Positions 13,620-24,000 of a stretch of 64,000 bases of DNA are shown one piece after another. The notes below the pieces were generated by a model. That model did not search any database. It had not been told where the DNA came from and was given only the letters and a program-made list of their open reading frames with translations. Position numbers and translations under genes: made by a program. The stretch comes from the human T2T-CHM13v2.0 reference genome, Homo sapiens: assembly GCF_009914755.1 (NCBI RefSeq), contig NC_060947.1. The stretch is one strand, 5' to 3'. Each line of letters begins with the position of its first letter. Within the stretch, counting starts at the first letter, position 1.

Positions 13620-14125
13620 TTCTGTAAGCTGGGATCCATATGATTAAACCCAACAAAAATAAATGGCAAGTCTACATTTTAGTTAAAAACCCAATTTCAA
13701 AATAACACATCACTTGCACAAGTAAAGGACAAGAAAGGATTGAATTGGCAAGAGCTTGTGTGAAAAAGAGCTGTGGATTTTAGTTGACCACAAGTTTCCT
13801 GCGAGCCAACAGTGTGATCTGGCTGCCCAAGGGCTAATGTAATTTTAGATGGCATTAATAGAAATGGTGAGTTGAGATTCCGGCCAGTGATGGTTCCCTG
13901 TCCTCTTTACTCTGTGCTGGTCAGATTGCTGCAGATGTACAGGACTTTATCCTACTTACAATATTCCTGGATGGGCAATGACAAGCTCATTGACAAACTG
14001 TCCAGAAGTAGCGACCTGGGTTGGGGGGAATTGGCAAACTCTTTCTTGAGGATGAGATGAAAATAATCTGAGGAGGGAAACACTAAGGCAATATTTGAAA
14101 CAGTTCTTTCTTCTAGTGAAAATGT
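13620..14125 (+). mobile_element. L3/CR1 fragment
   Basis: tgtgtgaaaaagagctgtggattttagttgaccacaag...gagccaacagtgtgat...ctttactctgtgctggtcaga. Confidence 0.8.
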
Positions 14126-14134
14126 TTACAGAAC

Positions 14135-14915
14135 ACACCCCACATCCAATCTGTCAGCAAATTCTGTTGGCTCTTTCCTCAAATTATATCAATATTCTGA
14201 CCATTTCTCATTGCCTCTTCTGCTACCATCCTGACCTAAGCCAGCCTGTCTTGCCAAAATTACTACAATAGTCTCCCAGTAGATCTCTCTGCTGTCACTC
14301 TGGCCCCCTCTGTCTGCTCTCCAAACAGAAGGCTGGAGGGCCCTATTTAAATATATCTCCAGTGGCTTCCTATTTCATTCAGAGCATAAATCAAAGTCCT
14401 CATAAAAACCTACAAGGGCTTTCTGAGCCTGGTTCCTATTACCTCTGTGACTTCAACTCTTACTCTCTTCCTTGCTTACTATGCTCCAGCCACACTCCTT
14501 TACTCACATTCCTCAAACCGGCCAGGCATTCTCCTGTCTCAGGGCTTTTGCATCTGCTGTTCCCTCTGACCAGAACCCACTTTGCCTAGATAGTTGCATG
14601 TCTTGCTCCTTCACGTCCTTCAAATTGTAATTCAAGCATTACCTTCTCAATGAGGTCTTCTCGATCACCCTTTATAAATTGTCACAATCTCCCCCACAAA
14701 ACACATCTCTGTATCTCCTTTCTCTGCTTCATTTTTCATTACCGCACTTATCATCATCTAATATTCCATATACTTTATTACTGACTATATTAATTGTTTG
14801 TTTTCCACACTAGAAGGGCAGGGATTGTTGTTTGTCTTTGTCACTACTGTAACCAATGCCCACAACAGTGTTTGGCATACAGACAGCAGCCAATAAATAT
14901 TTGTAGAATAAACAG
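14135..14915 (+). mobile_element. L2 LINE 3' end
   Basis: cacatccaatctgtcagcaaattctgttggctct...gctccagccacact...caataaatatttgtagaataaa. Confidence 0.9.
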
Positions 14916-17636
14916 ATATATAAAATATATCAAAGAGGTGCTCTGTTTAAATCTGATAGGGGTAGGGTAGGCATGAACTTTGCCATCTCTGGAACCTGAA
15001 TAATTGAGAGTTAACTACATGAACACATTTGCACATGAACGCTGGCCAAACTCTAGAAGCACCACTGAGTGAGCACTACAGGACATGGGGGAGACAACTC
15101 CCATCTTCCAAACTTTGGAGGATTATTATGTATAAGAAGTAGATTTCATCGGGGTTGCAACTTGAATCAGAACTAGAGCCAGTGAGTATGAAGGGAGTAC
15201 ACACAGGTAGATACGGAATCAATAGAATGATTTGAGATTCTCAGGTTGTCTGATGAAGTGGTAAGCTCTCTAGCTTTGGAAGTGTACAAGAAGAAGCTGT
15301 ATATCTCTCTGTTAGTCTTGCTATAAAAAATTTTCTGAAGTGGCCGGAGGATTGATTGGTTCATACCACCTTGACAATCTTTGTAGCTCTGAGATGCTAC
15401 AGCCAAAAGTCAAAAGTGTGTGAGCCCAAGGATGAGGGGTAATATATGTTTGTTTTTTACAACTTGAGAGAGGTCTTTGGCCTTTCTTCCTGGAATCCCA
15501 GAGACAAATTTTCCTTGCAAAAGTTCATTCCATCCTAATTGCGATTCCATTTCCCAGAAATTACCTGATGCTGGGCTGATGATTAGTGGCCAGCCAGGGG
15601 TAAAGGGACTGATTCCCATGGCAACCAGGTTGAAAAAACATACCATGTGGAGAATTGTCAGCAACGAGCTACGTTTGCATTATAAATAGATATTTAATTC
15701 ATTGAGATAGTTTGTGACAACTTCTGCATTATAAATAGGTACTTAATTCATATAGATAGCTCTGACAGCAAGTAGGAAAGTTAAACCCCAAAGCCACTCT
15801 TTGTCTTTAAGTATTTCAGAGTTAATTGACAACCATTTTTTTCCTTCTAAAACATGTAGAACTTGGCTAAGTGGGAGAACGGTATATGTGAGTGTTTTTA
15901 GAAAGCCAACTAATAGTCCAACGTCACAACATTTCTCACTATTTGTTTCTCACTGAAAGATTTTTCAGAATTTTCCCTGAGTGCAAGAGTATCTCTCTTT
16001 GAATCCTTTTGACACAGGAGACCCCAGGTTCAATGTCTGGATTTCACAAGAGTTATTTCCTGTCATGTTTGTCTCACTGTCACCCTGCTTTTCTAACTCA
16101 GAGGCATCTCAAAATTTCAGTACTTGGCCCTCTGCTCTTATCTTCCCATTTCTCTTTCCCTTGGTGAAAGCTAAAGCAATCACGTTATCACTTGCTAACT
16201 TACACAACTTTACTAGCCTTGACAATATACACTTTGGAACACCCAAAGGTTGGAAAACAGAATCAGATCTGATCAAAGGACGTTTATCCTAAGACTGAGG
16301 ACCAACTCTTTCCGGTGTTCAAAATATACTGCTTGATTGAGGGTTAGGGATGGAGAGTTTGAGGGCAAAAAGTGGTGTTCAGCAGCAAGCAGCAATTAAG
16401 TTTGGCTAAACTCAAATGTAAAAGTAATTTTGAAATGCAATTTTTACAAATACTATAGTAAATTAGTATAAGGGACTAATAGAATCTCATCAAATGGAAA
16501 TCAGAGTGGGACTTTGTACTTCTACATTCCAAAGAGCTTAATACAAATTAGTCTATAATACTCAGAGTGTTTCATTCTGTAAGGATTAAGGTAAATGGGA
16601 TGCTTTTTTTTTTTCATTAACTTGCTGTGTAAATATGCTTCCTAATGCAACCATATAGAGGAGTTGCTTTCTAAACTTTATTATAACCAGGGTTAAATAA
16701 CTCACCAGGTACTGTACCCTTGTACATTGCTCTATTGAACAGTGTTAGCTTAGAATTAAACACTGCTGGGAGGCAAGTTTAACTTCTTTAGGGTCAGATT
16801 TGAAGGGGTCATGACCCCCTCTCAGACCTGTAGGTCACTTTTTCTGAGGTCTTTAACAAGCTTTGAGGAACTAGGTAAGCCACCCACCCCATTCCAAACG
16901 GCCTAATGGCCTAATGTGTACTGAATTCCCACTCATGGGGCAAGTGGCCTTCTAATCCAGGGGGAAAGATCAGTGGCTGAGAATGGGAGCTAGCCCCCCG
17001 CCCCACCATTTCCCCATTTGGAATCCTGGGAGGCGACACTGGCAGGTCCCCTGTTCCAAACCATCCACCTCATCTGCTTACTGGCTTCTTGAGATCCCAC
17101 CATTACACGCACATTCCTTTGGGAAAATGGAACTCTCTTTAGAGAGGGACAAAGTATCAGATTTGATTAATTGTTCTTACTTAAGAGTGAATTCATTTAC
17201 ACCCTGTGATTGCTAGGTAAGGGTCACAAAGCGCGCTTTTCCAGTTTCAAAGTGCTGCTGAGGGCCAATCCCACTGTTTGAAAGTGGATGTACTATGGAC
17301 CCAAACGTAACACAATGAAATGCATGTAATGTCTGTGTTTTCCCTCCTCAGGCTCAACTTGGAGAGAGTGTTGCCATTCATTCATTCATCTATCCCATGG
17401 AAGGGCAAAAGAATACTCTGGTCAGTGACTATGTGTCAAACCAAATTGGGAAGTAGCTATTTTGGAGCCCCCTCCCCACGCCCATCCTTGAACAACTTTC
17501 TCTTTTCTCGTACCCCTGCACTCTCTTATTCTGCCATCGAGATCAGCTCCAATACATCATTTCTAAATTGTTAGTGGAAAACAGACCAATAGAAGACCAC
17601 AGCCATAGTTTTTGAAGTTAAATAGTGAATACTCTT

Positions 17637-17662
17637 TTTATTCAGAAGAATGCATTTTTAAT
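17637..17662 (-). terminator. IGSF1: IGSF1 polyadenylation signals (ATTAAA and AATAAA)
   Basis: Plus-strand tttaat at 17657-17662 and tttatt at 17637-17642, about 240-260 nt past the stop codon. Confidence 0.85.
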
Positions 17663-17898
17663 AGAATTTCATGCGCCAGTAAATCAGTACAGTGAGGAGT
17701 TACAGGGGTGGGGAACCTCTCTTCAGGAAACATCTCACCCTGGCAGAGCTCTCAACTCCCAGAATCCCCTTTACCCAGCTCAGGTGATTAGAGACCAAGG
17801 AACAGCAGATGGGGCTGACTTGCAGGGTAACTGGTTGGATTTATAGGTCTCTGAGAGCAAGAGAGAGGAGAGGAAAGCTCTTGTAAAGGAGGAGATTA

Positions 17899-18034
17899 TT
17901 ATATTGGAACGGGCAGTTCCACAGAGATTCTCTGAGAGGTTGATGAAGGAGAATTGGCAGGGGTGCCTGGTTCTCCTTCTTGGTTACACTCTTCAAGGGC
18001 AATGGTCTGGTCTCTTCCGTCTGTCTCTGAGCCT
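17899..18034 (-). CDS. IGSF1: IGSF1 exon 20 coding part, cytoplasmic tail
   Basis: GSETDGRDQ...VELPVPI then tandem TAA TAA (17901-17896). Confidence 0.96.
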
Positions 18035-21000
18035 CTATGTAAAGAAAAAGACATGAGTAAGGGAGGACCCAGAAACTGAAAACAGATTGCACGGTGGGGC
18101 TCAGATACTAGGGGAGCATTTGTATGATTGTTTTTCTAGCACCACCTGGTTCACAGAAGGGGGCCATAATGAGGCATTTATTTACCTGGTTCGCAGTCGA
18201 GGCCACTTCTTCCACTCTATGGCTAGCACTACCCCCAAGGCTACAACAACCACCACGATTAGGCTACTTCGGACAATGTTCCCTACAGTGCACTCCTGAG
18301 CAACAGGCCCTGTGGTGATGAAAGAGGAGAAACCGAGGCCATGGAGATTAGCGTGTGTATGTTCCCCTTGATCTGGTATTGCCCCACACTCTGGCCTTCT
18401 TTAGGGTTCACGTGGGAGCCATCTGTTCAGACTACAGAGGGGGTGGGCAGTGGCAGAGTTTATGCTGAAGCAGAAGCAGCCCTCCTTTCCTTGGGGAAAA
18501 GAGGCCTGAAAAGAAACCCACTCACTATCTTCAAATATATTTAAGGTCCCACCTCCTCATCATCCTTAGGAGAAAGATGACACACTTCAGGTCCCTGGCT
18601 CCAAAGCTCCTCCATTCTCCTGATTTGGGATGTCTCCATGGGGACTGTCCCTGGGATCCCAGGTGTGTCACACCAGGACCATGGAGAGATTATTCTCTTA
18701 CCTGCTGCCCCCACCAGCTCCAGGGGATCACTAGGCTCTGACCAGATATCAGGGTAGGCCTGGAGGCGGTAGCTGCAGCTGTAGTTTCCAATGCCTTTTC
18801 CTTCTACGTTGTTGATGACAAAGTCTCCATCCTCTGAAAACTGCTGAGGTGCTTCTTCTCCATCATGTTCTAGGACAAATTCAACACCTGGCAGGGGTCC
18901 TCGGCACTGAAGGGTGATGTCCTTCCCTAACTTGAACATGGTGCTGGGCCAGGCTGACAGAGAGGGTTTAGGGGGCTTATCTGCAACCAACAAGGACACA
19001 GAGTTAAAAGAAATGATCCTGAACTTAGCCTTTTACCCCCTTATTGCTTACTGCTAAAAACTACAAAATCGTGACTTGTACTGAAGTCTCCAGGACCTTA
19101 CCAGTCACCCAGATCTCCAGGGAGTCACTGTGATTTGAAGCTGCAAAGGGAGTAGAGTCCAAATAATAAACACAGCTATAGATCCCAGAGTCTTCACCTC
19201 TCACTGCTGGCATCCAGAAGTCAGCCCTGTACCCACTTGGCCTCTGTTGCTCTAAAGGCTCCTGAGCCCCCTCCTTCAACAGGACAAATGTTGAGTCTGG
19301 CAGTTCCCCTTGACACTGAAGAGTCATATTTTCGCCAGGGGCCACCATGGGACCAGGCTGGGCTAATAGGCTGGGTTTGGGGAGTAAGCCTGGAAGAAAT
19401 GAACTCCTGGTCAAAGAGAAGAGGTCACTTTCCAGTGCATCACCCCTGGGGTCTCTGCTCAATAAAGAGGAAAGGCAATTGGTTGCCTCTCCTCGAGCTC
19501 TCTGAAAACTATCTCCCATGAACTAGTCTATTCCCTCCTTTCTACACTTCCATGCCCACTCGACAGCCTCTTCCCCTTACCTGTGACTAGGAGTTCCAGG
19601 GTGTTGCTAGGTTGTATCTTGATAGAACTGGTCCAGTCAGGGTGGTAGCAGCAGCTGTAACGCCCCATGCTAGTACCAGATATATTGGTGATGGGGAATG
19701 CCCCGTCATTACTGGTGGATCCCCAGAGCTGCATTGAAGTGGCTTCTCCTTCTTTGTGCAGAATGTATCCTACTCCATGGACCGGCCCTCGGCACCAGAG
19801 AGTAACATTCTGCCCCATGGGAACCACAGAACTGGGCTCAGCAAACAACCATGGCTTAGGGAATGTGTCTAGAAAGAGACCAAGGTTGTAAAGTGGTGAC
19901 TATAGAAACTTATGAGTTCCTGCTTAAATTAACACTCTATCTTTCTCCTCTTGGGCACGGTAGTTCCCCTCCGTGGCCTAGCCTAGCCTTCCAGGAGGAA
20001 TTACTCTCCCTAACCCCTTCTCCAATGATCTCCATCCCAGTCCCATGTCCGGTCGGTCCTTACCAGTCACCCAGATCATAAGGGGCATACTGAGATATGA
20101 CCCCCTGTTTGACATGGTTGTCTCATAGTAGATACAGCTATAGTTCCCAGAGTCCTCTGCTCCAACAGTGTGGAGAAGGAAGTCAGCTGAGTTCCCTGAG
20201 ACACTCCGAAACTGTAAGGGAACATGGGCTCCCTCCTGCAAGAGGGCGAACCTCATGCCCTGGAAAGTCCCTTGGCAGCGCAGGATCACACTCTTCCCAG
20301 GAAACACCACAGGACCTGGCTGTGCCAGGAGAGTGGGTTTGGGGTAGAATTCTGAAATTAAAGAGACCACAGCATGAGATAAACCCAGCCCTCACATCCT
20401 GCAAATAGCCTTTTAAAGTGTTATTGTAAGACACAATATATGTTTGTTGTTAAAAATTAGAAAATATAGAAAAAAAAACTAATGAAGGAAACACAATTCT
20501 ACCACTCAAAGATAAATATTTTTAATATTTAATTGCCATTTATTCTTTCCATATATTCCCATGTCCATGTAGCTATAACTGTTTACATAATTGGGACTCC
20601 ACTTATGCACAGTTGTGTAGTTGTGTAGTATGCAGCTGACATTTCAAGGTCTTCTCCCTTTCTCTGAGAGCCATCCAGCCCACCGGTCTCTGACAGCCCA
20701 GCTAGAGAAAAAGTGGACATTGAGCCTAAAGCTCAATGCCAAGCCATAAAAATGTGCAGAAATAGGGCAAGTTGAACCGAGCTCTTGGGATTAGACACCC
20801 CCATCTACCTCATTTATTTCCCCAGAAGTGAATTGCTTGCCTCCCCACTGCCTTTGTTTCTTGTTCCTGTAATAATAACATGAGCAGCTGTGCATCATGG
20901 ACTGGTCACTATGGGCCAGCCGCTGTCCTAAGCACGTTCTCAGTGTGTTTTAGAAGAAACATTTCTTCCTCTCCCACTGACAGCCTTCCACCCACCATCC

Positions 21001-24000
21001 CAGGGTTGGCACCACCTCTACCTGGAGTCCCCCCTCCTAACCTGTCACCACGAGCTCCACAGGGTCGCTGGGCTCAGACCAGATAGAAAAGTCATAATAT
21101 CGGCAGCTGTAATTCCCTCCATCACCAATGCCCACCGAAATGATTAGAAAGTGAGCTGCACTGGCCCCCGGACTTGCCCAGGACCTGTCACTGGATGCTA
21201 TTTCACTTCCATCTTTGTAAAGAATAAAGCTCATATGCTGGTGGGGGGTGGAGCAATTGAAAGTCACTCGGGCACCAGGGGTGACCACAGGGCTGGCCCA
21301 TGTCTTGAAGAAGGGCTTAGGGTACATTTCTAGAAGGCAAAAAACAAAAACAAAAACAAAAAACAAAATACAACACAAAACCAAATTAAGAACAAGAAAG
21401 AGAGAAAGCAAATATAGCAAATATTGGTTCTCGGAGGCTTCTTTGCTTTTAAGTAAGTGCATTTAAAAAGTAAGGTAAATCCACTTTGCAGATGGACTTC
21501 TCACACAGGGACCCTTCAACCCCACCCCTCACTACCTCCAGATGAGTCCTCAGTGTGATCAGGGCAGGCAATGGAGGCTAGTAAAAAGGTAGAATTTTTC
21601 TTGGGGTTCTGCTGATTCTCTGAGCCTCAGTTTGCCCATTTGGACAAGGGGAAAATGGTACCTGCTTCACCCACCTTGAAGAGTTGCTCTATGGTGAAGT
21701 GAGATAATTGATGTGAAAATAATTAGAAAAATTAAATCACCCTCCACGAACCAAAGCTATTAATAACGATTATGGCTATTAATATCGTGCAGCCAGAGGC
21801 CCTGGCACTCCCAGCGCCACGCCTGCCTGGCTCTAAGATTGGACACAGGCTCTCAGGACCAGCAGCAAAGTTTGCTGCAGGGAGAGGAGTGTCTGACCCA
21901 GGGCTTTGCCTTTCCCTCCACCCTGCCCCCTTTCCTCCCACACCCTTTTCAGCTCTACCTTTTATGACAAGCTCCAGCGGCTCACTGGGCTCAGACCACT
22001 TGAAGGGGCGTTTTTCAGTGTGAGTGCGGCAGCTGTAATTGCCTTCGTCTTTATCCTCCATTCTCTGGATTGTAAAGAAGGCTTCTCTTCCAACAGCACC
22101 AAGTTGCTGGACAGGTTCTTGCTCTCCCTCCTTATACAGAGCAAACCCCATGCCTGCCAGCCATCCTTTGCACCGGAGTTGTAGTTCCTGGCCCCGGATT
22201 GTGGGGGAAGCAGAAATGACAGGTTTGGGGAGGATGTCTGGAAAACAGAATGGGGTGAAAAAGGAGTCAGAAGTTTGCAGTTGCCCAGATGGGATACTCA
22301 GGGTCACTTTGTCAGCAAATAAAGACATTCATTCTGGGCTGGCCCTAGGCTCTTCCAGTCAGTCTCCTCACACTCTCTTTCCCATTCCGCCCCTCCCCCT
22401 ACCCCATAACCCCCTACCATTTCAGTGCCCCTCCTCTCCTACATGCAGCACGAGCCCCTTGGGCTCCAGGGTCCCTGTGAGTTCATTCCCTCACTCCCAG
22501 GAGCAGTGTTGGAGTCCCAGGGGCACTGGGGATAACTCCCGGAGACCCTCTACATTTTCTTACCTGTCCCCACCAGCTCAAGTGCCTCACTGGGCTCCGA
22601 TACAGCCATCTCCTCCCATGAATGGCAGTGGTAGCTCCCGGTGTGGCTCTGGGTCAGGGCGCCAAGGGGGAAGGCAGCCCGGACCTGCTCTGAGGCCGGG
22701 CGAGTGGCGATCCACCCGGTCCCATCCTTCAGCAACACAAACTCCTTAGTTGAGCCAGAAGGGCTTCTGCACCAGAGGGTTAAGTTCTTCCACGGGGCCA
22801 GAGGAAAGTTGGTCTCTGCCCACAGCTCAGGCTTAGGGGTTGGCATGACTATTTCTAGAAACAGCAGAATTAATGAAGCCATCCTCCCGCCTCCCTTCCC
22901 CTCCCTCCTCCTTGCCCTTGAACCCTCTACCCAGATCACACTGCCCACCTCCCCTTGCAACCCAAATCCAAACCCTTTCCTTCTTTCCTTCCTTCCTCAG
23001 GTGCTGGGGAAAGGGGAAGCTGGTGTCTTATAGCTGAGCCTCAGAAAAGTGCAGAAGCTTGGAGGAAATTTTGCAGGCAGAAAGGCAAAGTTGGAGGCTG
23101 AATTTTGCCAGCAGCTTTAGCAAGTGCCCCTTCCTGGCTGCCCTTCCCTCCCAACCAGCCACTCCCTGGCCAATGACACTGACGCTCTGTAGTTATTTCG
23201 GATCTCCAGGGAGGAATGTCCCAGTCTGGAGCAGGAAAAACTCACCAGTCTCTTCTATCAATACCCCATTGCACAGTCCTGCAAAAGAAATTGCTGCCAG
23301 GACTCGGCCCCCTCCCCCACCGGGACTTCACCCCGGCCTTCTGCCCGGGGCCCCTTCCCCCACTTGTACTCACCACAGCAGAGAAGGGCCGTGACTATGA
23401 AGAGCATGGTGACCCCTTGAGCTGTTCCCAGCAACCAGGCTTCTCTAGTGAGACCAGAAAAGAGATGAGAGGAGTTGCTGGGATGAGGGGGAGGGTGGAG
23501 GAAAGGGGGCGGCAATTTATGTCATTGGCTTACTCGCTACCCAATGGGGACTGGATATGGCCAAGATAATCGGATATAATCTTATTTGACATCAATGACT
23601 TTTCTTTTTGAGGGCCTTACCACCTACAAACCTCTTGCTCTTTCATGACCCACGTGTCCCCCCCGCCCCCTCCCCACTCCGCAGCCTATATCATATGTCA
23701 GCTCCCCATGGCCCCTGATTAGGTTGTTGCTGGAATTGAGATGTCAGATGGGAAAATGCTTTTATATTATTTGGAGCTCTCAGAACCCCTGGAGCTCATT
23801 GTGATCGGCAGCTCTGGGTGGTGTGTGTGGGGGTGGAGGGAGAAACTGTGAGTATTTCTCAGTCATCAAGTTTAAGTTCGGAAGCAGTTGTTGTGGCAGT
23901 ATTGGTCCTCAGACCCACCTGCCTCACCTGCCTTTGTTATGGAAGGGTTGCCTAGGCAGCTGTGATGAATTACTAGAAGATTGGCAGTGCCGAGCCAAGC

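Noticed and set aside
22039-22749. 236-aa plus-strand ORF
   Set aside because: Antisense shadow of GC-rich IGSF1 exons 12-13; Pro/Ser-rich, with no recognisable domain.
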